From NCBI GenBank assembly GCA_026391735.1, contig JAPLDL010000016.1, positions 865-64,864 of the forward strand: 64,000 bases of DNA. Direction: 5' to 3'. The position numbers and the translations under genes were made by a program. The notes under the pieces were generated by a model. The model searched no databases, was not told where the DNA came from, and saw only the letters and a program-made list of their open reading frames with translations. The DNA comes from Bacteroidota bacterium (GTDB lineage Bacteria; Bacteroidota; Bacteroidia; Bacteroidales; FEN-979). Positions 11,202 through 20,464 of the stretch are shown piece by piece; the stretch's first letter is position 1; every line of letters starts with the position of its first letter.

Positions 11202-12288
11202 TTACCAAGGTTGATTTAATATAACCGGCAAGCAAAGCAGCTGCAGCGCGGGCGTCGGCAATGGCTTCCTGGATAGATACCGGGCCTTTGACTGCGCCGG
11301 CCAGGAATACTCCGTTTATCCCGCTCAGGTTGTTTTTGGTATGGCTGTCGGCGGGATTTACAAACCCGTCTGACCCGGTCTTGAGGTCAAGCATGCTGCA
11401 GATGGTCTTGGCGCTTTGGGCGGGGACAAAACCTGTGAGGAGAACAAGCAGGTCAACAGTCATTTTTAGCGGAGAGCCGGTAAGAGTATCTTCTGTTTTA
11501 AGGATTATGGAACCATCAGGATTTTCTGAGCATTCCGATAGCCGGCCCCGGATAAAACTGACTCCCCATTTCTGTTGGGCCTCATAATAAAGTTCTTCAA
11601 AGTGCCGGTCGAACATCCTAAGGTCCATATAAAAATTAAAAACCTCAGATGCAGGGTAGAGCTCTTTTAGTTCGATGGCTTGTTTTACGCCTGTGACACA
11701 ACAAACTTTGGAACAATAGAGGTTGCCGACTTTTTCATCCCTGGAACCTACGCAGTGAACAATGCCGATGCGGCCAGGGACTTTACCTTCATGTGTGAGG
11801 ATAGCTTTGCCGGATTTAAAATTTTTTTCAAGGTCGGCGGATGTTATTACGTTGTTATATATGCCGTAACCATATTCCTCTTTCTTTCGGGCTTCGAACA
11901 GGTCAAATCCCGTGGCCAGCAGGATTGCGCTGGCCGTGAACAGGGAATCGTGATCCGCGGCTGGCGGCAGCTGAGTGGTGTTTGCATCCTGCATCCCGCA
12001 TCCCGCATCCTGTAAACTGGTGCTCACTGTGAACCCGTCGTCGTGCTTGCTTATGCCGCTAATTGTCACCCCGGTCACAAGTTTAACCTTTTTCAATCCC
12101 TCCATAGCAAAGTCCAGAACCTCTGATGCTTTTTTACGATCGGGGAACAACCGGTCCCAGTGTGCGACATGGCCTCCTATTGCTGTTTCTTTCTCGAGCA
12201 GTGTAACATCCAGGCCTTGCAGGGCAAGTATTCCCGCAGCAGTCATCCCTGAAATGCCGCCACCAATAACGATCACTGATTGTTTCAT
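11194..12288 (-). CDS. HdrA-like FAD-dependent oxidoreductase (short form)
   Basis: N-terminal VIVIGGGISGMTAA dinucleotide fold. CVGSRDEKVGNLYCSKVCC exactly fits the HdrA CxGxRDx6-8CSxxCC cluster motif. Confidence 0.75.
   Translation of the reverse strand: MKQSVIVIGGGISGMTAAGILALQGLDVTLLEKETAIGGHVAHWDRLFPDRKKASEVLDFAMEGLKKVKLVTGVTISGISKHDDGFTVSTSLQDAGCGMQDANTTQLPPAADHDSLFTASAILLATGFDLFEARKKEEYGYGIYNNVITSADLEKNFKSGKAILTHEGKVPGRIGIVHCVGSRDEKVGNLYCSKVCCVTGVKQAIELKELYPASEVFNFYMDLRMFDRHFEELYYEAQQKWGVSFIRGRLSECSENPDGSIILKTEDTLTGSPLKMTVDLLVLLTGFVPAQSAKTICSMLDLKTGSDGFVNPADSHTKNNLSGINGVFLAGAVKGPVSIQEAIADARAAAALLAGYIKSTLVND
11984..12011. repeat. heptamer tandem repeat (GCATCCY x4) inside the HdrA-like gene
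   Basis: gcatcct gcatccc gcatccc gcatcct on the + strand. It encodes a low-complexity DAGCGMQDA insertion in the minus-strand protein. Confidence 0.9.
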
Positions 12289-12289
12289 T

Positions 12290-13357
12290 TCAATAAAATT
12301 TCAGAAATGCAGGACTATTAGGTTTACCCATAAAATTGCCATCTTTATCGAGAAATTTCTTTTCCGGATCATAGGGTATCCCTATTTTATCCATCAGAGG
12401 TTCAACAGGCACCTGGTGAACCTGGAGCCCAAGGTCCCAAGGATCATACCCCAGGATAAGTCCGGCGAGCTCCTCATATGTCATCACGGGAATGCCCTGT
12501 GAATTTTCCCCGTAAGTTGTTCCTTCCATTTCGGAAATTGTATACTGCCAGCGATCAAGAAACATCGGGCAGCCCGGACAATTGGTTAGAATAAGTTCGG
12601 GTTTATAGGGTTTCATGGAATCAAATTTCTTTTTTGATGCTGAGATGGAATAACCCCGGTTTGCTTTTACCAGGTACTGTCTGAATCCAAACCCGCAGCA
12701 ATGCCTTCGCTCAGGATAATCTATCACTTCACCGCCCCATTCTTCGATCATTCCCACCAGTACATAAGGATATTCAGCACCTCCCACACCCTTACTTGGA
12801 AACATCCTTGAATAATGGCATCCGATATGTTCAACAACCCTGATAGGGTTCCCTGTGATCTGGTTGACCAGGCGATATTTACCCGCTTTTGCTATTTCCT
12901 TCCTTAACCTGAAAGTAACATCGCTTGCATGGGCAAGGTTCTTTGGTTTGTTAAATTCCCTGCCGGTTGCATTTTTAAGATGGACCCTGGTTTTTTCTTC
13001 AATTTCAGGAAAATGATGCCATGTCTCAAGGACTTCGCTGTATAGTCCGAAACTTGTAATGCATGAAGTGACGAAGTTTTCATAACCGGCTTCCGACATT
13101 AGAGCAAACTGCCGGGCAACCATGGTCATGGCTGTTTCAAAAGGGACAATATCAGAGTGGTAGCCTATGCCTGAACAGGTGGTATGGGATGGATTTTCAA
13201 AAACATTCCTTCCCAGTTCCTTCATATACCTCAGAAACGTTTTTTCGGCCCCGGGAAAAAAATTCTGTCTTACGCAACTCCTTACATAAAAATAGTTGTC
13301 GTCGGCTATTTCTTTCTGGTACTCATCCCAGATCAGCTTCTTTCCTTCACGCTTCAT
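12290..13357 (-). CDS. HdrB-like protein (CCG-domain heterodisulfide reductase subunit B family)
   Basis: 355 aa with a CCG-domain signature (RRHCCGFGF ... NCPGCPMF). Tightly packed in an operon between the HdrC-like and HdrA-like genes. Confidence 0.75.
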   Translation of the reverse strand: MKREGKKLIWDEYQKEIADDNYFYVRSCVRQNFFPGAEKTFLRYMKELGRNVFENPSHTTCSGIGYHSDIVPFETAMTMVARQFALMSEAGYENFVTSCITSFGLYSEVLETWHHFPEIEEKTRVHLKNATGREFNKPKNLAHASDVTFRLRKEIAKAGKYRLVNQITGNPIRVVEHIGCHYSRMFPSKGVGGAEYPYVLVGMIEEWGGEVIDYPERRHCCGFGFRQYLVKANRGYSISASKKKFDSMKPYKPELILTNCPGCPMFLDRWQYTISEMEGTTYGENSQGIPVMTYEELAGLILGYDPWDLGLQVHQVPVEPLMDKIGIPYDPEKKFLDKDGNFMGKPNSPAFLKFY

Positions 13358-14067
13358 GAGCCTGATGTATGATCCTTGTTAACTGCAGTATAAATATGTT
13401 TGATGTAGTCGTTCTGGAGGCTGTCGTCCAGCTGCATTCCAATTTGTTCAGCTTTTTTCCTGGAAAAATCCTCGATTTTTTCGAACCTGGCCGTTCCACC
13501 GGTTTCATCAAAAATCTTTTTTATCTCATCCAGGTCTTCTTGCGGAATGGCCCTGAGGACTCCGGGGCCAGCCTTCTTGTAGTTAGCTCCCAGCCTCTCC
13601 ATGACCTTGTCAAGGTTCTCAAATTCCCATTCCCATACAGGACCTTGTTCGGGATGGTTTTCGGGGGTGATCTGTGAAGGATACAGGCAATACCCGTATT
13701 CAAGGATCCAATGTCCTACGGTCCTTTTAATAGCAAGCTGCTGGCGGCCTTTTTCAGATTCCACAAAATATCCCATTTCCTGGGACAGGGAACGCAAAGC
13801 AGTTATCAGCAGTCCGGGTGCATTATTCCTGGGACACCTGGTCACACATGACATGCATTCCCCGCAATACCATATCGTATCGCCTTTCAGCAGTTCTTCA
13901 ATCTTTTCTTCATCCCTGGTTTGAAGAATGTCGACAAGTTTTCTTGGCTGGTAATTGTAAAATTCTGCAGCCGGACAAATTGCCGTACAGGTTCCGCAGT
14001 TCAGGCAGGCTTTCAGGCCCTCCACGAAACGAACATCCTGTCGGAGTTTTTCATATAACACACCCAT
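13354..14067 (-). CDS. HdrC-like 4Fe-4S dicluster protein
   Basis: CLNCGTCTAICP and CGECMSCVTRCP motifs in a 237-aa protein. It is the first gene of the operon and overlaps the next gene by 4 nt. Confidence 0.75.
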   Translation of the reverse strand: MGVLYEKLRQDVRFVEGLKACLNCGTCTAICPAAEFYNYQPRKLVDILQTRDEEKIEELLKGDTIWYCGECMSCVTRCPRNNAPGLLITALRSLSQEMGYFVESEKGRQQLAIKRTVGHWILEYGYCLYPSQITPENHPEQGPVWEWEFENLDKVMERLGANYKKAGPGVLRAIPQEDLDEIKKIFDETGGTARFEKIEDFSRKKAEQIGMQLDDSLQNDYIKHIYTAVNKDHTSGS

Positions 14068-14092
14068 ACAGGAGCAAAGGTAATAAAAAGGA

Positions 14093-14764
14093 TCATTTCA
14101 GAGTGAAGGCATAATTCAAGAGGTTGCTTCCCATCTGAAGAGCTTTAAGCCTGGTCGCTTCGCTGTCATGGTGCACGTCGGGATCTTCCCACCCATCGCC
14201 GAGGTCGCATTCATAGGAGTAAAAAACAACAAGCCTGCCTTCCCAAATAAGCCCGAATCCCTGGGGCGGTTTTCCGTCATGCTCATGAATTTTTGGCAAC
14301 CCGTTAGGGAAATCGTATTTCTGATGGTAAACAGGATGGGAAAAAGGTAACTCCACCAATTCAAGTTCCGGGAAGATTCTCTTTAACTGGGGGCGGATGA
14401 ATTTGTCAAGCCCGTAATTGTCGTCGATATGCAGAAATCCTCCGGCCATAAGATATTTCCTCAGGTTCCTCGCTTCCTGCTCTGAAAATACGACATTGCC
14501 ATGACCTGTCATATGTATGAACGGATAATTCATGATTTCGGGATTTCCCACTTCCACAGTTACAACTTCCTCGCTGATGGAAGTTCCCAGGTTTTTGTTT
14601 GCAAATTTTACCAGATTGGGCAGGGAGGTTGGGTTGGCATACCAGTCGCCGCCCCCGTTGTATTTTAAAAGACCTATCTGGTATGAGGCCGGGGAAAGTG
14701 AGGTACAGGGCAAAGCCAGGATACCCAGAAAGAAAAGTTTTATCAAGTTTTTATACATCATCAC
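14093..14764 (-). CDS. DUF4159 domain-containing protein
   Basis: Signal peptide followed by IGLLKYNGGGDWYANPTSLPNL, the block I associate with Bacteroidetes DUF4159 proteins. Confidence 0.7.
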   Translation of the reverse strand: MMMYKNLIKLFFLGILALPCTSLSPASYQIGLLKYNGGGDWYANPTSLPNLVKFANKNLGTSISEEVVTVEVGNPEIMNYPFIHMTGHGNVVFSEQEARNLRKYLMAGGFLHIDDNYGLDKFIRPQLKRIFPELELVELPFSHPVYHQKYDFPNGLPKIHEHDGKPPQGFGLIWEGRLVVFYSYECDLGDGWEDPDVHHDSEATRLKALQMGSNLLNYAFTLK

Positions 14765-14766
14765 GC

Positions 14767-15486
14767 TCAGGATTTTATTTCCCTGATCCTGTTTATAAGA
14801 TTAACCGCTGCTGTCACATAAACTCCTGCTGTTTCTGTCCTGAGCCTGCTTTCACCAAGGCTTACCTGCACAAACCCGGCCTTAATGGCGGTTTGAATCT
14901 CAGAATCGGTGAAGTCGCCTTCAGGACCTATCAGAACGACTACTTCATCCCCTTTGGCACAGGCGTACTGTATTTGCTGTTCACTGCCGCTTATGCAGCT
15001 GGCAATCAGTTTTCGGCCAGGGTGAGGTTTAACAATGAAATCCTTATAGGAAATCCCTTCATTGAGCCTGGGCAGCCGGGTTTTAAGCGACTGTTTAACC
15101 GCTGAGATGAGAATTTTTCGAGCCCTTTCAATGTTTATGCGGTTACGCTCAGAATGAGTGCAGAAAACTGGGGTTATTTCATCAATTCCTATTTCGGTCG
15201 CTTTCTCGAGAAACCATTCAAGACGGTCTGAGTTCTTCGTGGGAGCGATTGCAATATGGAGCCTGAAGCCCCTTAGTTCGGGGCTTTCTGAGGTCTTCAG
15301 TATCTTCGCCAGAACCCTCCCCGAATCAATATCAGATATGCAGGCTTCAAATAAATGCCCCTCCCCGTCGGTAATATAAATTGTGTCGTTCTTTCCAAGC
15401 CTCAAAACCTTAATGCAATGTCTGGATTCATCCTCATCAAGCCTGATCAGATCATCTTCAATAGTATTGCTGAAAAATAAAATCAT
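14767..15486 (-). CDS. rsmE: 16S rRNA (uracil1498-N3)-methyltransferase
   Basis: 239 aa with an N-terminal PUA-like region (DEDESRHCIKVLRL) and a C-terminal SPOUT block (VLIGPEGDFTDSEI). Confidence 0.85.
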   Translation of the reverse strand: MILFFSNTIEDDLIRLDEDESRHCIKVLRLGKNDTIYITDGEGHLFEACISDIDSGRVLAKILKTSESPELRGFRLHIAIAPTKNSDRLEWFLEKATEIGIDEITPVFCTHSERNRINIERARKILISAVKQSLKTRLPRLNEGISYKDFIVKPHPGRKLIASCISGSEQQIQYACAKGDEVVVLIGPEGDFTDSEIQTAIKAGFVQVSLGESRLRTETAGVYVTAAVNLINRIREIKS

Positions 15487-15640
15487 GGTCAGGCTTGCAG
15501 CTGATTGTGATCCCGATGAATTAAAACCGGGTTTTCAAAGATTTAAGTTTTGTACCTGGCAAATTTACTAAAATACCTTACAATGACTATTTTTGCTGAT
15601 GATAATGGAAGAAGCAGTTACACAAGCAAAAATCTTGATT

Positions 15641-16117
15641 ATGAAACGATTTGCAGTTTTATTTACATCTTTTTATTCTATTGCAATGATTCTGTCATCC
15701 TGCGGTGGCGGAAATCAGCCTGCTGGAGGTGGACAGACTGTCACCAGTAATATTCCTGCCGACATACAGACTTTGATGTCCAAAGGCGAACAGATATACA
15801 AAACAAAATGTATTGTATGTCATCAGAATAGCGGTTTGGGGGTTGAAAGCGTTTTTCCTCCGCTGGCGAATTCAGACTATTTATTGGCGGATAAGTCAAG
15901 AGCTGTTGCACAGACCCTGAATGGTTCCAAGATGGAGATGACTGTCAATGGAAAAAAGTTCACACAGGAGATGACTCCTCAGGTTGATACTAAGGAAGAT
16001 GCGGTTGCAGTGATCAATTACGTATTGAATAACTTTGGAAATAAAGGCGGATATGTGACCCTTGATGATGTCAAAAGCGTCGAGATCAAGCCCCGTACTG
16101 CGGCTCCTGCCAGGTAA
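15641..16117 (+). CDS. class I c-type cytochrome lipoprotein
   Basis: Lipobox (ILSSC) and a single CIVCHQ heme-binding motif with a downstream Met ligand region. ATG at 15641 is preferred over the track start. Confidence 0.8.
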   Translation: MKRFAVLFTSFYSIAMILSSCGGGNQPAGGGQTVTSNIPADIQTLMSKGEQIYKTKCIVCHQNSGLGVESVFPPLANSDYLLADKSRAVAQTLNGSKMEMTVNGKKFTQEMTPQVDTKEDAVAVINYVLNNFGNKGGYVTLDDVKSVEIKPRTAAPAR

Positions 16118-16133
16118 AGAGGATTAATCTATT

Positions 16134-16167
16134 AAAAAAGCCCCGGAATTCAATGCAGGGCTTTTTT
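16134..16167. terminator. bidirectional rho-independent terminator between convergent genes
   Basis: aaaaaagccc ... gggctttttt inverted repeat with a 14-nt loop and A/T runs on both sides. It lies between the cytochrome c stop (16117) and the TPM gene stop (16177). Confidence 0.6.
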
Positions 16168-16176
16168 AATGGTCTT

Positions 16177-16983
16177 TTACCAGCTGCCGCCGGCGCCGCC
16201 TCCGCCAAAGCTTCCTCCTCCGAAGCCTCCGAAACCACCACCTCCGCCACCTCCTCCTCCAAAGAATCCGGAACCTGAAGAAAAGTCGTTCCAGCTGCCG
16301 CTATTACCACGTCCCATGGAGCCAAGCATAAATAATGCCATCCACCAGGGAAGGTTTTTCCCGACAGAATGGCTGCTGTTACGACTTGCACGGATTGCAA
16401 AGAGAACCACGGCAAGAATGATAATGGGGATAATAATACCGATAGGGCTGGCTTCATGTTTTTTCTGATACTGAACAGCAGTGTACTTTCCTTTAGCAAG
16501 GTCCATGATCACGGATGTTGCGGCATCAATTCCTCCATAATAATTTCCATCGCGGAACAGGGGGATCATTTCATTTTCAACTATTCTTTTGCAGACAGCA
16601 TCCGGGATCACATCTTCCAGCCCGTATCCTGAGGCAATATATGCCTCTCCCTTCTCAGATGCAGTCTTGGGTTTGACCAGGATCAAGGTACCGTTATTTT
16701 TGCCTTTTTGTCCAACACCCCACTTCTGGCCTAAGCGGTATGTGAAATCAGCTATATCGTAGCCGTTCAGGGATTTTACAATAGCTACGGAAATCTGCGT
16801 GGATGTCGAATCATTGAACGCAACCAGCTTATGCTCCAAAGCGGCTAGCTGATCAGGTGCAAGTGTGCCTGTATAATCATTGACCAGCCTGGGAGGCGAT
16901 GGCCTGTCGGGAATCTCCTGGGCGATCGCCGGCAAGGTAATAACCATCATCAGGAATAAGGAAATCAGTTTGAGAGTTTTCAT
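16177..16983 (-). CDS. TPM domain-containing protein (YgcG-like) with TM helix and Gly-rich tail
   Basis: Signal peptide, TPM/phosphatase-like domain (LVNDYTGTL...), a TM segment and a C-terminal GGGGGGGGFGGFGGGSFGGGGAGGSW tail. ATG at 16983 is preferred. Confidence 0.75.
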   Translation of the reverse strand: MKTLKLISLFLMMVITLPAIAQEIPDRPSPPRLVNDYTGTLAPDQLAALEHKLVAFNDSTSTQISVAIVKSLNGYDIADFTYRLGQKWGVGQKGKNNGTLILVKPKTASEKGEAYIASGYGLEDVIPDAVCKRIVENEMIPLFRDGNYYGGIDAATSVIMDLAKGKYTAVQYQKKHEASPIGIIIPIIILAVVLFAIRASRNSSHSVGKNLPWWMALFMLGSMGRGNSGSWNDFSSGSGFFGGGGGGGGGFGGFGGGSFGGGGAGGSW

Positions 16984-16993
16984 GGTTGCGGGC

Positions 16994-17440
16994 TTAGTTT
17001 TTTCCGAACGATATCTCGTCGGAAAGTTCATTCTTGTCATTTTCAAGATGGGGAAAATGCTTTTTCAGCTGCTCCCCGGCAGCCGAGATGGCATAAACCA
17101 GCCCTTCTGTGAATTTTTCTTCCTTAAAATATGCCAGCATCTTATGCTTGATCTCATCCCAGAAATTTTCAGGCACTGCCTTATGTATCCCCTTGTCGCC
17201 AAGAATAGCAAACTTCCTGCTTTTCACAGCCAGGTAGATCAGCACACCGTTCCGCTGTTCGGTCTTGCTCATGCCAAGCTTCCTGAATAGCAAGGCCGCA
17301 CGGTCAAGCACATCCTCCTTAAGATTATTCTCAATGTGAATACGGATCTCACCCGATGTTTTATGTTCGGCTTCAGCAATGGCACTGGTTATTGCCTTTT
17401 GCTGTTCCTGACTGAAGAAATCCCTGGCTGTTGTGCCCAT
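16994..17440 (-). CDS. TPM domain-containing protein
   Basis: 148 aa with FFSQEQQKAITSAIAEAEHKTSGEIRIHI, typical of TPM family proteins downstream of LemA. Confidence 0.75.
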   Translation of the reverse strand: MGTTARDFFSQEQQKAITSAIAEAEHKTSGEIRIHIENNLKEDVLDRAALLFRKLGMSKTEQRNGVLIYLAVKSRKFAILGDKGIHKAVPENFWDEIKHKMLAYFKEEKFTEGLVYAISAAGEQLKKHFPHLENDKNELSDEISFGKN

Positions 17441-17509
17441 GACTTTTGTGTTTTTGACACTGTAAAACAGTCAGGCCCCACAAGGGCCCACCCTGGTTTT
17501 TTTACTTTA

Positions 17510-18106
17510 TCAGAATTTTACTTCCGGAGCTTTTTCGGCACCCTGGACGGCTTTGAAAAAGGCCTTTTCCTTAAACCCGAACATTCCCGCAAAAATATTC
17601 GAGGGGAAGCGTTTAACCTGGATATTGTAGTCCTGTACCACTTCGTTGAACTTCATACGCTCAACCGTGATGCGATTTTCGGTGCCTTCAAGCTGGGCCT
17701 GGAGTTCGCTGAAATTCTGCGTAGCCTTTAATTGGGGGTAATTCTCGGTAACCATCATGAGTCTAGACAAAGTCGAACTGAGATTGTCCTGGGCAGCCTG
17801 AAACCTTTGAAGGGAGGCTTCATCCAGATTTTTAGGGCTGATCGTAACCTTGGTGGCACTTGCTCTGGCCTCTATCACATCGGTAAGTGTTTTCTGCTCA
17901 AAATTTGCAACCCCTTTTACGGTATTAACAAGATTCGGTATAAGGTCCGAACGCCTCTGGTATACATTTTCAACCTGTGCCCATTGCTGCTGTACTACCT
18001 GGTCCTTGGTTACCAGATTGTTATAAGAGCCCTGTCCCCAAGAGAAAAGGAGAATTACTGCAAGGGCAACTACGATCAGGATGATCCAACCTTTACTGAG
18101 TTTCAT
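17510..18106 (-). CDS. lemA: LemA family protein
   Basis: N-terminal TM helix followed by YNNLV...QWAQVENVYQRRSDLIPNLV, the conserved LemA block. Confidence 0.9.
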   Translation of the reverse strand: MKLSKGWIILIVVALAVILLFSWGQGSYNNLVTKDQVVQQQWAQVENVYQRRSDLIPNLVNTVKGVANFEQKTLTDVIEARASATKVTISPKNLDEASLQRFQAAQDNLSSTLSRLMMVTENYPQLKATQNFSELQAQLEGTENRITVERMKFNEVVQDYNIQVKRFPSNIFAGMFGFKEKAFFKAVQGAEKAPEVKF

Positions 18107-18209
18107 ACTTTTTGTTTTTTGTTTTTATTGGTTTGGCGGTGCGTTTCTTATGCATCGCCCTGATTTAATATTGCTTTATTTGACGTAAATATACTGTAAA
18201 GTTACAGTT

Positions 18210-20111
18210 TTAGATATTCTCAATATTTCGCTTGATGAACTCAGCGAGGTCTTTCCCTTTCAGAAGGTTCTGGGCAAGCATTGCAAGGTCAAAGAGCTGC
18301 TTCACAGTTTCTGCCTGTTTCCCTCCGTCGGGTTCAATGAGCATCCTGCCAATCTTCGGGTGGTTGGAATTCACTACAAGATTATACTTCTCAGGCATAG
18401 TCCCCATGAAACTGTAACCTCCACCCAATGCGCTCATATCTTTCATCCTCCTCATAAACTCATCCTGGGTGATCAGCAGTGGAGCTTCCTTTTCACTAAG
18501 GCTTTCAAACAAAATTGTGAATTTTTCCTTGTCGATTTGCTTTTCCATCAATTCCTTCAGCGATTTCTGCTGGTCTTCGGTGAGCTTGGAAGGCAGAACG
18601 TCTTCCTTCTCTATGAGTTTATCAACTGTATTTGAGTCGATACGAGTAAAGCGGGATTTCTCGAATTTCTGTTCCAGCGTGTTCACGAAATGGGTATCGA
18701 TAATGCCATCCAGAAGCAAAACATCATACCCTCTGTCCTTGACCGCATCGATGAAACTAAACTGTTCTTCAGTATTGCTTGTGTAAAGATAGATGAGGTT
18801 GCCATTTTTATCTTTCTGTATGTCTTTTATTTTATTTTCGTATTCCTCAAAAGTAAAGTACTTTCCTTCAGTATTTTTGAACAGGCAGAACTTCTTACTG
18901 CGATCATAAAAATCGGGTTCCGAAATGATGCCATATTCAATAAAAACCTTGATGTCGTCCCATTTGGCTTCAAAATCGGCCCTGTTTTCCTTGAACAGGG
19001 ATTCCAGTTTGTCGCCAACCTTTTTGGTAATATGATTGCTGATCTTCTTAACGTTGGGATCAGACTGAAGGTAGGAGCGGGAGACATTGAGGGGAATATC
19101 GGGTGAGTCAAGCACGCCATGGAGCAAAGTAAGAAACTCCGGGACAATGCCTTCCACCGAATCGGTAACGAAAACCTGGTTGGAGTATAGCTGGATCTTA
19201 TTCTTCTGTACTTCCATGGTCTTTTTAACCTTGGGAAAATACAATATCCCGGTGAGGTTGAACGGGTAGTCAACATTTAAATGGATCTGGAATAAAGGTT
19301 CTTCGAATGTATAAGGATACAGTTCCCTGTAAAAGCTTTTATAGTCCTCGTCCTTAAGATCAACAGGTTTCTTTTTCCACAAGGGATCTGTATTGTTAAT
19401 GATCCTTGGCTTTTCAACCTCAATTTCCTTATCATTTCCCTTTTCATCTTTCTCACCAGGAACTTTCTCCCAGGTTTTTTCGCTTCCGAAACGTATGGGC
19501 ACTGGCAGGAATTTACAGTATTTTTTAAGGATTTCCAATATCTTGTATTCTTCAAGGTAGTCCTTGGAATCATCAGCTATATGCAAAATAATCTCGGTAC
19601 CGCGGTCCTTTTTCTTGCTCTCATCCATTGTATAATCGGGGCTGCCGTCACATTCCCAGAGAACAGGCTTGGTATCGCCTTCGGTCTTGTATGTTTTAGT
19701 ATGTATCTCTACCTTGTCTGAAACCATGAAGCTTGAATAGAATCCCAGCCCGAAATGCCCGATGATGGCATTCATTTCAGCTTCCGACTTTGTTTTAAAC
19801 TGTGATATGAACTCTTCGGCGCTGGAAAAAGCAATCTGGTTGATATATTTTTCAATCTCTTCGGCATTCATGCCTATTCCTTTGTCTTTTACCGAAATCG
19901 TTTTTCTCTTCGGATTGACTTTTACCTCGATAGTAAGGTCGCCCAGTTCACCCGTAAACTTCCCGATGGAAGCCAGGGTTTTCAGTTTTTGAGTTGCATC
20001 AACAGCATTCGAAATAAGTTCACGCAGGAAAATTTCATGTTCCGAATAAAGGAATTTCTTGATGATAGGGAAAATGTTCTCAGTTTGAACGTTGATCTTA
20101 CCTTTTTGCAT
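18210..20111 (-). CDS. htpG: molecular chaperone HtpG (Hsp90)
   Basis: MQKGKINVQTENIFPIIKKFLYSEHEIFLRELISNAVDA is the canonical Bacteroidetes HtpG N-terminus (GHKL ATPase). The ORF-track extension to 20450 only translates an octamer repeat. Confidence 0.95.
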   Translation of the reverse strand: MQKGKINVQTENIFPIIKKFLYSEHEIFLRELISNAVDATQKLKTLASIGKFTGELGDLTIEVKVNPKRKTISVKDKGIGMNAEEIEKYINQIAFSSAEEFISQFKTKSEAEMNAIIGHFGLGFYSSFMVSDKVEIHTKTYKTEGDTKPVLWECDGSPDYTMDESKKKDRGTEIILHIADDSKDYLEEYKILEILKKYCKFLPVPIRFGSEKTWEKVPGEKDEKGNDKEIEVEKPRIINNTDPLWKKKPVDLKDEDYKSFYRELYPYTFEEPLFQIHLNVDYPFNLTGILYFPKVKKTMEVQKNKIQLYSNQVFVTDSVEGIVPEFLTLLHGVLDSPDIPLNVSRSYLQSDPNVKKISNHITKKVGDKLESLFKENRADFEAKWDDIKVFIEYGIISEPDFYDRSKKFCLFKNTEGKYFTFEEYENKIKDIQKDKNGNLIYLYTSNTEEQFSFIDAVKDRGYDVLLLDGIIDTHFVNTLEQKFEKSRFTRIDSNTVDKLIEKEDVLPSKLTEDQQKSLKELMEKQIDKEKFTILFESLSEKEAPLLITQDEFMRRMKDMSALGGGYSFMGTMPEKYNLVVNSNHPKIGRMLIEPDGGKQAETVKQLFDLAMLAQNLLKGKDLAEFIKRNIENI

Positions 20112-20256
20112 AGAATTCAATATTTTATTGTTATTTACTTCGGCTACGCCGGATGACATCTTCCTGGTTTGAACCAGTTTCCGGCAGATGCCTCGATATA
20201 CACAAAGTAAGTGCCATTGTTTACTTCCTGACAAAATGACAATTATAGGTGGGTGG

Positions 20257-20368
20257 CTGGATGACTGGATAACTGGATGACTGGATGACTGGATAGCTGG
20301 ATGACTGGATGACTGGATAACTGGATAACTGGATAGCTGGATGACTGGATGACTGGATAGCTGGATGG
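20257..20368. repeat. 14 tandem copies of an 8-nt unit CTGGATRR
   Basis: Direct reading gives ctggatga ctggataa ctggatga ctggatga ctggatag ... ctggatgg, in the htpG/ilvE divergent intergenic region. Confidence 0.95.
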
Positions 20369-20464
20369 AAGGGAAAATTTTTGCACATCCCCGGTGGCGG
20401 TGAAAATAATTTTTTAAATTTACAAGGTCTTTGATGCTGAAAACTAACACCTAAAACTACTTAT

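Noticed and set aside
11975-12502. 175-aa + strand ORF spanning the HdrA-like/HdrB-like junction
   Set aside because: It is antisense to two well-supported Hdr-like genes and its composition is typical of a shadow frame.
16169-16468. 99-aa Pro-rich ORF (PPAPPPPKLPPPKPPKPPPPPPPPP)
   Set aside because: It is the antisense reading of the Gly-rich tail of the TPM-domain protein (GGC/GGA codons read as Pro).
20257-20368. Possible CRISPR array (and likewise 57646-57809)
   Set aside because: The units are only 8 nt and directly abutting, with no spacers. No cas genes are nearby. These are micro-/minisatellites, not CRISPR.
20112-20450. N-terminal 113-aa extension of the htpG ORF in the track (…SSHPVIQLSSYPVIQSSSHPAIQ…)
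   Set aside because: The extension merely translates the CTGGATRR octamer array. The canonical HtpG N-terminus (MQKGKINVQTENIFPIIKKF) begins at the ATG at 20111.
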